DNA of 64,000 nucleotides from an uncultured candidate division Zixibacteria bacterium. Lineage in GTDB: Bacteria; Zixibacteria; MSB-5A5; UBA10806. How positions within the stretch are numbered: the first letter of the stretch is position 1; every line of letters starts with the position of its first letter. Of this stretch, positions 11,954 through 21,275 are shown in pieces. Where the stretch lies: contig CAWFQL010000017.1 of the NCBI GenBank assembly GCA_963817915.1, forward strand, positions 416,001 through 480,000, in the 5' to 3' direction. The notes under the pieces are model-generated. The model saw nothing but the letters and a program-made list of their open reading frames with translations. It had not been told where the DNA came from and did no database searches. A program made the position numbers and the translations under genes.

Positions 11954-12973
11954 ATGAGCTATTATTCAGAACCTGTCGCGCATATTTTTAGAGCGGACGC
12001 AATTGAATCGATCCATTACGGATCTGCGGTCGTGGTCGACTCTAATGGCCACTTGCTTTACCGAATCGGCGATCCCTACATGGTCACATATTTTCGTTCA
12101 TCCAGCAAGCCGTTCCAGGCAATTCCAGTGATTGAATCGGGAGCGGCCAAAAGATTTAATTTTACGCCGAAAGAAATTGCAATCATGGCGGGATCGCATT
12201 CCGGCGAAGATTTTCATATCGAAACAGTAAAACAGATTCTTGATAAGATCGGTTTGACTCCGGACCATCTCCAATGCGGAGTCCATGTGCCTCATCGTTA
12301 CACGGCCCTGAATCTCGTTCCTGAGCCGGGCCGCGAATTTACGCAACTTGAGCACAATTGCTCCGGTAAACATGCCGGTATGCTTGCCGCCGCTGTCCAT
12401 AAAGGATTAACTGTGGAAGATTACCTTTCGCCGGAACACCTCATACAGCAGATGATAAAAAAAGCGTTATCTGATCTTTGCGTCTACCCTGAAGAAAAAA
12501 TCACTGTCGGCATCGACGGCTGTTCCGCCCCTAATTTTGCCATGCCGATTTATAATATGGCATTGGGATTTGCTCGTTTCATAAGTCCGAATTCTGTCGC
12601 AAAAGATAAAGCCAAGGTTTATAGCGCAATCAGTCAGGCCATGATGGAATATCCCGAAATGGTTGCTGGAACTCAAAGGTTTGATACCGTAGCAGCCAGG
12701 ACTCCAGGCGAATCAATGATCTCTAAGGCTGGCGCTGAAGCAATCGAAAGCTTTGGCTTTGTAGGTCGAAAAGCAGGGGCTACTTTAAAGATCACCGACG
12801 GCGGCACCCGCGCGCTATTCCCGGTTGCGACTGAACTTTTATATAAACTTGGCGCCAGGTCCAAATGCGATGAGCTTGAAAAATTCCATCGGCCTCCGAT
12901 AACCAATTTCCGCAATATCGAAGTCGGAAGAATTGAACCGGTTTTTTCATTGCATAAAATAGAAGAAGAATAG
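11954..12973 (+). CDS. Asparaginase, Rhizobium AnsA-type (asparaginase II family)
   Basis: RSSSKPFQA, SHSGE, HNCSGKHAGML, DGCSAP, SKAGAE motifs. Confidence 0.88.
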   Translation: MSYYSEPVAHIFRADAIESIHYGSAVVVDSNGHLLYRIGDPYMVTYFRSSSKPFQAIPVIESGAAKRFNFTPKEIAIMAGSHSGEDFHIETVKQILDKIGLTPDHLQCGVHVPHRYTALNLVPEPGREFTQLEHNCSGKHAGMLAAAVHKGLTVEDYLSPEHLIQQMIKKALSDLCVYPEEKITVGIDGCSAPNFAMPIYNMALGFARFISPNSVAKDKAKVYSAISQAMMEYPEMVAGTQRFDTVAARTPGESMISKAGAEAIESFGFVGRKAGATLKITDGGTRALFPVATELLYKLGARSKCDELEKFHRPPITNFRNIEVGRIEPVFSLHKIEEE

Positions 12974-13039
12974 ATGCCTGTTGTGATTTTATGATAAGGG
13001 ATACAATATTTATTGGTAATTTGGAATAGAGGAGTACAC

Positions 13040-14413
13040 ATGTTAGATTTTCCCCCAGAACCATATCGAATTAAATCAGTGGAGTCCATAAAAAGGATTT
13101 CAAAGGATGATAGAGAGAAAGCCATAAAAAAGGCCAAGTTCAATATTTTCCAGGTGCCCGCGGAAGATATCTATATTGATTTTCTGACCGATTCCGGTAC
13201 CTCGGCTATGTCCGACAATCAATGGGCCGGGATTCTCACCGGAGACGAATCATACGCAGGCTGCCGCAATTATTTTCATTTTGAAGAGACTATCCAATCG
13301 ATAACCGGATTCAAGTATGTTATTCCTGTTCACCAGGGACGGGCGGCGGAGCATCTGTTGTTTTCCAACATGTTGAAAAAAGGCGATTCGGTTCCTTCAA
13401 ATACTCATTTCGATACGACCCGCGCCAATATCGAATATGTCGGGGCCGATGGTGTTGACCTTGTTATTGAAGAAGGCAAAGATCCCAAACTAATACATCC
13501 ATTCAAGGGAAATATAGATTTAAAGAAGCTCGAAGATTTTCTAAAGAAACATGATACCAAAAAGATCCCGCTCGGTATGATAACCGTCACCAATAATTCG
13601 GGGGGCGGTCAGCCCGTATCATTGGAGAATATCAAAGCGACCTCGGAAATTTTGCACGCGCACGGAATACCATTCTTTATCGATGCCTGCCGCTATGCCG
13701 AGAATTGCTATTTCATCAAAATGCGCGAAAAAGGACAGGAAAATAGGACTGTCCGAGAAATAGCTCGTGAAATATTTTCCTATGCCGATGGCTGTACTAT
13801 GTCAGCCAAGAAGGACGGTCTGGCTAATATCGGCGGTTTTATCGGATGCAATGATGAGAAGATGTATAGGAAATTATTAAATTCGCTGATTCTATTCGAG
13901 GGATTTCGAACTTACGGCGGTCTCGCTGGACGTGATTTGGAAGCTATAGCGCGGGGCTTGGTCGAAGCGTTGGACGAAAATTATTTGAGCCATCGTATAG
14001 GTCAGATAGAAAGCTTTGGCAATTTGCTATTAAAAGAAAATATCCCGATAGTTCAACCTACCGGCGGCCATGCTGTCTTTATCGATGCGGCAGGTATGTT
14101 GCCCAATATTCCACGCGAACATTATCCCGGATGGGCATTAACTGTAGCGCTCTATCGTGAAGGTGGCATAAGGGCGGTGGAAATTGGTGGCGTGATGTTT
14201 GGCAAGAAAGATGAAGATGGCAAATCCCTTTTCCCGCCGATGGAGCTCGTAAGGCTGGCAATTCCTCGAAGAGTATATACAGAATCGCATTTCAAATTTG
14301 TTGTCGGCGTATTTAAAGAGATCGCGGCCAAAAAAGATAAAATCCGCGGGATTAAAATAACATATGAGCCCGAATTTTTACGTCACTTTACGGCGGAATT
14401 TGCGGAGATCTAG
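13040..14413 (+). CDS. tnaA: Tryptophanase (beta-eliminating lyase; tyrosine phenol-lyase not excluded)
   Basis: EPYRIKSVE, DFLTDSGT, HQGRAAE, MSAKKD (PLP lysine), RLAIPRRVYT, LRHFTA. Confidence 0.8.
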   Translation: MLDFPPEPYRIKSVESIKRISKDDREKAIKKAKFNIFQVPAEDIYIDFLTDSGTSAMSDNQWAGILTGDESYAGCRNYFHFEETIQSITGFKYVIPVHQGRAAEHLLFSNMLKKGDSVPSNTHFDTTRANIEYVGADGVDLVIEEGKDPKLIHPFKGNIDLKKLEDFLKKHDTKKIPLGMITVTNNSGGGQPVSLENIKATSEILHAHGIPFFIDACRYAENCYFIKMREKGQENRTVREIAREIFSYADGCTMSAKKDGLANIGGFIGCNDEKMYRKLLNSLILFEGFRTYGGLAGRDLEAIARGLVEALDENYLSHRIGQIESFGNLLLKENIPIVQPTGGHAVFIDAAGMLPNIPREHYPGWALTVALYREGGIRAVEIGGVMFGKKDEDGKSLFPPMELVRLAIPRRVYTESHFKFVVGVFKEIAAKKDKIRGIKITYEPEFLRHFTAEFAEI

Positions 14414-14452
14414 CGATTGAGTTTTGGAATCATTATGGCAAGCCATAATAGA

Positions 14453-14481
14453 TTGACAACAAGGAGCTGAATAGCTATCAT
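14453..14481 (+). promoter_or_regulatory. Sigma70-type promoter for the transketolase/serine operon
   Basis: TTGACA-N17-TATCAT, preceded by hairpin ATTATGGC-AA-GCCATAAT at 14432-14449. Confidence 0.65.
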
Positions 14482-14537
14482 TTTATGAGTTAGCCTGGCG
14501 TGGTAACTATGCAAGTTATCACCCGGAGGAGGTTGAA

Positions 14538-15401
14538 ATGGCGCGACTTAATAATTCGATAGACCAGTTAAAAGAAAAAGCCCTCATTATTCGGCGGGAT
14601 ATAATTACGATGCTAATTGAGGCTCAAAGCGGGCACTCCGGCGGGCCGTTATCCTGCGCCGATTTTTGTTCGGTATTGGCATTTTATGAAGCCAATTATA
14701 ACCCCAAAAATCCCAAATGGCCTGAAAGAGATATGTGGTTTTTCTCAATCGGCCATGTCACGCCGGTTCATTATTCGATGCTGGCTGAAGCGGGATATTT
14801 TCCGTTAAAGGATTTAATGGGGTTCAGAAAATTCGGCAAGCACTGTCAGGGTCATCCGAGCTGTCTCGATACTCCTGGCGTTGAAGTGTCGTCGGGCTCA
14901 TTGGGGCAGGGGCTTTCGATTGCAGTCGGTGCCGCTATCGCCGCCAAAATGGACAAAATTCCTCGCCGTGTTTATACTATTATGGGCGATGGTGAACAGC
15001 AGGAGGGAAGCATCTGGGAAGCCGCGATGGCGGCGGCCCATTATAAGCTGGATAATCTTTGCGGTATCATTGATTTCAATAAGGCCCAGATAGATGGTTT
15101 TGTCGAAAATGTCATGAATATCGAATCGCTCGCTGATAAATACAAAGCGTTTAACTGGAATGTCATCGAAATCGATGGACACAATATCCTCGAAATAGTC
15201 GGTGCCTTTGATAAAGCCAGAACCCTCAAAGGCCGTCCAACCGCAATCCTCGCCCACACCATAATGGGCAAAGGGGTCAGCTTCATGGAGAATGATCCCG
15301 CCTGGCATGGAAAGCCTCCGACTCCCGATCAGGGTAAGAAAGCTCTCGTGGAATTGGGCACAACGTGGGAAGAATGGTCGTCCAGGCTTCTGAATAATTA
15401 G
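14538..15401 (+). CDS. Transketolase, N-terminal (TPP-binding) subunit
   Basis: SGHSGG, GSLGQG, GDGEQQEGSIWEAA motifs. Confidence 0.95.
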   Translation: MARLNNSIDQLKEKALIIRRDIITMLIEAQSGHSGGPLSCADFCSVLAFYEANYNPKNPKWPERDMWFFSIGHVTPVHYSMLAEAGYFPLKDLMGFRKFGKHCQGHPSCLDTPGVEVSSGSLGQGLSIAVGAAIAAKMDKIPRRVYTIMGDGEQQEGSIWEAAMAAAHYKLDNLCGIIDFNKAQIDGFVENVMNIESLADKYKAFNWNVIEIDGHNILEIVGAFDKARTLKGRPTAILAHTIMGKGVSFMENDPAWHGKPPTPDQGKKALVELGTTWEEWSSRLLNN

Positions 15402-15424
15402 GCCGGGTGATTGGAGATTAATAG

Positions 15425-16396
15425 ATGGCAAATACTGAATACAAACTGACTCGTGAAGGCTGGGGCAAAGCCCTGGTCGAGTTGGGTAAAGAAAACCCTA
15501 ATGTTGTAGTATTAGTGGGTGATCTTTCGGGCTCCACTATGGTCAATTTCTTTCAGGAAGCATTTCCCGAAAGATTTATCGAATGTGGTATCGCCGAACA
15601 AAATATGACAACAATCGCGGCCGGGCTTTGCATCGCCGGAAAGATTCCGTTTTATGCGACTTACGGGGCCTTTGCGTCATGCCGCGCCGCCGACCAGTTA
15701 AGGGTGACAGTCTGCTACTCCAATCTCAATGTTAAAATCGGGGGCGCTCACGGTGGAATTTCTGTTGGCCCTGATGGCGCCACTCATCAGGCGATGGAAG
15801 AGATTGCCATACTTCGTTCGCTGCCAAATATGAAAATGATAATACCCGCCGACTATTACGAAGCTTTCAAGGCGACCAAGGCCGCCGCCGAAATCTACGG
15901 ACCTGTCTACATTAGATTTGGACGCGAAAAAGTACCGGTTGTTACAAATCCCGATTCGCCTTTCGTATTTGGAAAAGCCAATATCCTGCGCGATGGCAAT
16001 GATGTCGCGATTATTGCCTGCGGTGTGCTTGTCAATGAAGCCTTGATTGCCGCCGAGGAACTCGCCAAGAAAGGTATCGAAGCGCGAGTTATTAATATGC
16101 ACACTTTGAAGCCGCTTGATGACGAATGTATTATAAAAGCCGCGAAGGATTGTGGAGCGATTGTCACCGCCGAGGAACATCAGATTTTTGGGGGCCTTGG
16201 CTCATCCTGCGCGCATGTGGTAAGCCGCGAATATCCGGTCCCGATGGATTATGTTGCTGTCATGGACAGATTCGGGGAATCAGGGAAACCCGATGAATTG
16301 CTGACAGCATTCGGGCTGCGTAGTGTGAATATTGTTGATAAAGTAAATAAGGTTTTAGCGAGAAAAAAGAAATCAGTCGATGTTGGTCGTAAATGA
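15425..16396 (+). CDS. Transketolase, C-terminal subunit
   Basis: ECGIAEQNM, GPDGATHQ, VTAEEHQ..GGLG. Confidence 0.95.
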   Translation: MANTEYKLTREGWGKALVELGKENPNVVVLVGDLSGSTMVNFFQEAFPERFIECGIAEQNMTTIAAGLCIAGKIPFYATYGAFASCRAADQLRVTVCYSNLNVKIGGAHGGISVGPDGATHQAMEEIAILRSLPNMKMIIPADYYEAFKATKAAAEIYGPVYIRFGREKVPVVTNPDSPFVFGKANILRDGNDVAIIACGVLVNEALIAAEELAKKGIEARVINMHTLKPLDDECIIKAAKDCGAIVTAEEHQIFGGLGSSCAHVVSREYPVPMDYVAVMDRFGESGKPDELLTAFGLRSVNIVDKVNKVLARKKKSVDVGRK

Positions 16397-16451
16397 TGAT
16401 TGTGCTTTGACTGACTGATTTAGTGCAACTTTGAAATCCTTAGAGGTATAA

Positions 16452-17697
16452 ATGTCAATCGTTCGTCCGTTTAGAGGATTGAGGCCGAAGCCGGAATATG
16501 CATCAAAATTGGCTTCGCCGCCTTATGATGTTCTCAGTAGCAAAGAAGCCAGGATTATGGCGCAAGGCAATCCGTATTCATTTCTAAGAGTAAACAAATC
16601 CGAAATTGAATTCGATGACAAAGTAAATCCCTACAGCAACGAAGTATATCTTCGCGCCAGACTGAATTTGGAGAATTTCGAAAAAGACGGCATCATGATT
16701 CGCGATCCGAGGCCTTGCTTTTATATATATCGATTAACAATGGATAATCGGAGCCAAACCGGATTGGTCGCCCTGACTTCTGTAGAAGAATACGATAATA
16801 AGAAGATAAAGAAGCATGAAAATACCAGACCTGAAAAAGTTAATGATCGAGCCAATCATATCGATACGGTCGGCGCGCAGGTGGGCCCAATTTTCTCAAC
16901 ATTCAGGTACGATAATGCCATCGATCAGATTTTTAAATCTATTACCAATAATTCAGCCGAAATTAATTTCACCAGCGATGATGGAATACGGCACGAACTC
17001 TGGGTTGTTTCAGATCAAAAAATAATAGATAAAATCGTCGTGGCTTTTGGGCAATTAGATTGTCTCTATATCGCCGATGGTCACCATAGAAGCGAATCAG
17101 CCGCTGAATTGTGCCATCGATATAAAGCGAAAAACAAGAATCATACCGGAAACGAAATTTACAATTTCTTTTTGAATGTTCTTTTTCCAGATAACGAACT
17201 CAAGATAATGTCATACAATCGAGTCGTGAAAGACTTGAATGGATTATCGTTATCCGAATACTATGGAAAAAGCTTCAGGGAAATTTAAAGTTACCAATTC
17301 ATTGAAGGAAGCGACTCCGCAGAAAGTCCATCAATTCGGCGTTTATTGCGAGAAAAAATGGTATCTACTCGAAGCGATAGCCGGCAGCTTCGATGCAGGG
17401 CATCCTACGCAATCCATCGACGCTTCAATTCTTGCCAATAATTTTATAGCCCCGATTTTAGGAATTACCGATCCCAGAACCGATAAACGGATAGACTTTG
17501 TCGGCGGAATACGAGGAGTAAAAGAACTTGTCAAGTTGGTCGATTCCGGCGATTTTAAAATAGCGTTTTCATTATATCCAACGTCCGTGGAGCAATTGCT
17601 CAATGTGGCCGATCGCGGCGAAGTCATGCCGCCAAAATCCACATGGTTCGAGCCAAAACTTCGCGACGGGATGGTTGTAAATCTTCTGAGTGAATGA
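16452..17697 (+). CDS. DUF1015 family protein (+1 frameshift near 17260)
   Basis: PPYDV, IKKHENT, YIADGHHR in the first ORF; MPPKSTWFEPKLRDG in the second ORF. Confidence 0.88.
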
Positions 17698-17717
17698 ATA
17701 TTTGATGAAGGAGCTGT

Positions 17718-18602
17718 GTGATGTTGATCTTAATTTCCGATTCTTTTGATGGGGGGCTGGCGGCCAGGTTGGCCAAATTTGGTGAAGTGACGGTTGATAA
17801 GAATCGTTTGCCCGAGGTGGATATTGTCCTCGTGCGAAGCAAGACCAAGGTGACAAAGGAATATATGCAATCGGCTCCCAAGCTGAAAATGGTGCTCAGG
17901 GGGGGTGTCGGCCTTGATAATATCGATTTATCAACCGCCGCTGAGCGCGGAATAATTGTCCGCAATACAGCAGATGCCTCTACAACCGCTGTAGCCGAAC
18001 TAGCTTTTGCTATGATGATTGCCTTGCCTAATCATTTAGTAACTGGGACAAATTCCGTGCGCGAAGGCAAATGGCTTAAAAAAGAACTGAAGAGAACCGA
18101 GCTTTTCGGCAAAACTCTTGGCGTCCTGGGTCTGGGAAGAATTGGCATCGCGCTTGCGCAACGAGCCAACGCATTTAGGATGAAAGTCCTTGGATGGCAT
18201 CCCGATGTCAATTTCACGGATTTTGCTGAAATTCGACATTCTTTCAAAGAAGTATTGAATGAATCTGACTATGTCTCACTCCATATGCCGCTAGTTGAGG
18301 ATACCAGAGGAATGATAAATAAAAATACTCTTAAGGAATTTAAAGACGGCGCATACCTGATTAATACAGGCAGAGGCAAATGTGTGATCGAAGAAGATGT
18401 GGTGGAAGCCCTAAAAAGCGGAAAGCTGGCCGGATATGCCACGGATGTTTATTACTCAGATCCGCCGGAAAATTCACCGCTTTTGTCGGCCCCGAATGTT
18501 ATCCTGACTCCTCACATCGGCGCGGAGACAGAAGAGAATTTGCATAGAATAAGTGTTGTCATGGAAAGAATAATCGGCGAGTATGTCGCCGGAAGACATT
18601 AA
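17718..18602 (+). CDS. serA: D-3-phosphoglycerate dehydrogenase, short form without ACT domain
   Basis: RGGVGLDNID, AVAELA, GLGRIG, NTGRG, TPHIGA; adjacent to serC. Confidence 0.75.
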   Translation: MMLILISDSFDGGLAARLAKFGEVTVDKNRLPEVDIVLVRSKTKVTKEYMQSAPKLKMVLRGGVGLDNIDLSTAAERGIIVRNTADASTTAVAELAFAMMIALPNHLVTGTNSVREGKWLKKELKRTELFGKTLGVLGLGRIGIALAQRANAFRMKVLGWHPDVNFTDFAEIRHSFKEVLNESDYVSLHMPLVEDTRGMINKNTLKEFKDGAYLINTGRGKCVIEEDVVEALKSGKLAGYATDVYYSDPPENSPLLSAPNVILTPHIGAETEENLHRISVVMERIIGEYVAGRH

Positions 18603-18645
18603 TAAAAATTTTGGTACAAGGGACTAATTTTTAGGAAGGTTTATT

Positions 18646-19731
18646 ATGGCGCATAGAGTGTACAATTTTAATCCCGGCCCGGCAGTGCTTCCATTGGAAG
18701 TTTTGCAGATAATCAAAGAGGATATACCGGATTATCGTGGAACGGGAATGTCAATTTTTGAGATTTCTCATCGTTCCGCCGAATATGAAGAAATCAACAA
18801 TACCGCGATGGCATTAGCCCGCGAATTAATGGGACTGAGCGATAATTACAAAATTCTGTTTGTCGGAGGAGGAGCTTCCACCCAATTCGCGATGATCCCG
18901 ATGAATTTTCTCCAGGCGGGTAAAACAGCCGCTTATGTCGATACCGGCTCCTGGGCTAATAAGGCAATCAAAGAAGCCAAGTTATTCGGTAATGTTCACG
19001 TCGCCGCGTCGACTAAAGCCGAAAATTACAAACGGATACCCAAGTCCGAGGAAATCAAGTATCCATCTGATGCCGCATATATGCATTTAACATCGAACAA
19101 CACGATTTTCGGATCGCAATATCAGGAATTTCCAAATATAAATGACATTCCTCTCTTCTGCGACATGTCTTCGGATATATTGTCTCGGCGACGCGATTTC
19201 AAAAAATTCGCGCTGATTTATGCCGGGGCGCAAAAGAATCTGGGACCGGCGGGAGTTACCGTAGTAATTATTCGCGATGACATGTTGGAAAAATGTCCTC
19301 AGACTCTACCGACCATGTTTAATTATCAAACCCACGCGAAAGATAATTCGCTTTATAACACTCCTCCCGTATTTGCTGTTTATACCGTAAAACTGGTGCT
19401 TGAATGGATCAAGAAAAGCGGCGGACTCGAGGCAGTCGAAAAAAATAATCGCGCTAAGAAAGATTGCATCTATGGCCTGATGGATAGAAATCCTGATTAT
19501 TTTCGCGGTACTGTCGATTCCGATAGCCGTAGCTGGATGAACTTGACTCTTCGTCTGCCGTCCGAGGACCTTGAAAAGAAATTCTTAGGTGAGGCGAAAT
19601 CCGCCGGATTTATCGGCTTGAAAGGCCATAGAAGTGTCGGCGGCATACGAGTTTCTTTATACAATGCCTTGACACTTGAGGGAGCACAGAAATTAGCCGA
19701 TTTCATGGAGGCGTTCAGAAAGGCAAATTAA
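18646..19731 (+). CDS. serC: Phosphoserine aminotransferase
   Basis: NFNPGPAVLP, SHRS, AGAQKNLGPAG, YNTPP, KGHRSVGGIRVSLYNA. Confidence 0.96.
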   Translation: MAHRVYNFNPGPAVLPLEVLQIIKEDIPDYRGTGMSIFEISHRSAEYEEINNTAMALARELMGLSDNYKILFVGGGASTQFAMIPMNFLQAGKTAAYVDTGSWANKAIKEAKLFGNVHVAASTKAENYKRIPKSEEIKYPSDAAYMHLTSNNTIFGSQYQEFPNINDIPLFCDMSSDILSRRRDFKKFALIYAGAQKNLGPAGVTVVIIRDDMLEKCPQTLPTMFNYQTHAKDNSLYNTPPVFAVYTVKLVLEWIKKSGGLEAVEKNNRAKKDCIYGLMDRNPDYFRGTVDSDSRSWMNLTLRLPSEDLEKKFLGEAKSAGFIGLKGHRSVGGIRVSLYNALTLEGAQKLADFMEAFRKAN

Positions 19732-19764
19732 ATCGTTTAATTTTACCGAGGGAAGCAACTTAGG

Positions 19765-20928
19765 ATGAATCTAGCTGTGAGAATGTCCCGATTGGGGACT
19801 GAGACTGCATTTGTAGTGCTGGCAAAGGCAAGGGCGCTTGAAGCTCAAGGCAAAAATATAGTTCACCTGGAAATTGGAGAGCCTGACTTCGACACGCCTA
19901 AAAATATTGTTGAAGCAGGCATAAAAGCCCTGCGGGATGGCTGGACTCATTACGGGCCATCGGCCGGGTTGCCAAGCTTGCGCGAAGTAATCGCAAATGA
20001 GATAACCTCGACTCGAAATGTAAAAACAGAACCGTCACAAATAGTAATAACCCCGGGTGGCAAGCCCATCATGTTTTTCACTATGATGGCGCTCCTTAAC
20101 GAGGGTGACGAAGTGATTTATCCTAATCCGGGATTTCCTATTTATGAATCGGTGATCAATTTTATTTCTGCCCGTCCGGTTCCGATAAGCCTTCGTAAAG
20201 AAAATCAATTCCGCCTCGATATCGGCGAATTGAGAGAATTGGTGACCCCTCGAACCAGGATGATCGTATTGAATTCGCCGCAAAACCCAACCGGTTCTAT
20301 TCTGACCAAAAACGATCTCGATGCGATAGCCGAAATATCATTGAAGAATAATATCTTCATACTTTCCGATGAAATCTATTCGAGGATTATCTATGATGGT
20401 CAGCATCATTCGATTTATAGTATCGATGGAATGCCTGAAAGGACCATAATTCTAGACGGTTTTTCTAAGACATACGCGATGACTGGATGGCGTTTAGGGT
20501 ACGGAGTAATGCCCGAATACCTCGCCGACCAAGTCGCGAAACTCCAGACCAACTGCAACTCATGCACGTCAAGTTTTTCGCAAGTTGCTGGAATAGAAGC
20601 GATTACCGGCCCTCAAACAGCGGTGGAAAGCATGGTAAAGGAGTTTAGAAAACGCAGGGACTTTATCATTGCGGGGCTAAACGATATAAAAAGCATCTCG
20701 TGCAGTGTCCCCGATGGGGCATTTTATGTATTCCCTGATATATCAAAAACCGGCCTGACATCATCTGTAATTGCCGATAGAATACTGAAAGAAGCGGGAG
20801 TGGCCGTATTATCTGGGACATCTTTTGGTACTGGCGGCGAAGGCTTTATAAGGCTTTCATATGCCAATTCCATTGAAAATATCGAAAAAGCCTTATCAAG
20901 GTTGCGTGAATTTTTTGATAATATATAG
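19765..20928 (+). CDS. PLP-dependent class I aminotransferase (aspartate aminotransferase-like)
   Basis: IGEPDFDTP, NSPQNPTG, SDEIY, GFSKTYAMTGWRLG. Confidence 0.93.
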   Translation: MNLAVRMSRLGTETAFVVLAKARALEAQGKNIVHLEIGEPDFDTPKNIVEAGIKALRDGWTHYGPSAGLPSLREVIANEITSTRNVKTEPSQIVITPGGKPIMFFTMMALLNEGDEVIYPNPGFPIYESVINFISARPVPISLRKENQFRLDIGELRELVTPRTRMIVLNSPQNPTGSILTKNDLDAIAEISLKNNIFILSDEIYSRIIYDGQHHSIYSIDGMPERTIILDGFSKTYAMTGWRLGYGVMPEYLADQVAKLQTNCNSCTSSFSQVAGIEAITGPQTAVESMVKEFRKRRDFIIAGLNDIKSISCSVPDGAFYVFPDISKTGLTSSVIADRILKEAGVAVLSGTSFGTGGEGFIRLSYANSIENIEKALSRLREFFDNI

Positions 20929-21063
20929 CGGCATCCAGAATTAATAAAAAACATCTTTTTTATTAAGGAATATGATTAATTGCCGAATTGTATATATATG
21001 CTATATATAGTTTTTCCCGACAAATTATTGCAGAAATTTTAATCAAAAAAGTGTTGAAAAAGC

Positions 21064-21092
21064 TTGACTTAAAATGGCTCTACTCCTATAGT
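21064..21092 (+). promoter_or_regulatory. Sigma70-type promoter for the TonB-receptor operon
   Basis: TTGACT-N17-TATAGT in an AT-rich intergenic region. Confidence 0.6.
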
Positions 21093-21275
21093 TTTTTCAA
21101 GGATGGGATGTTCCCAGGTCATAGAGCGTTTAAAGGACTCAACTTAATAGGCAATACAACGGACAGGAATTATCGAGAAAGAACAACTAAAGGGAGGTTA
21201 CTAGAGACCAAAAGTATTTTTACTTCGTACCTAGTTCGCAATTAATCTATAACCTATCTCAAGGAGGGATGAGAT

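Noticed and set aside
12974..13039. TnaC-like leader peptide before tryptophanase
   Set aside because: The spacer is only 66 nt and holds no separate leader ORF with TnaC features
20988..21245. 85-aa ORF upstream of the TonB receptor
   Set aside because: TTG start without RBS, spans the predicted promoter, no recognisable motif
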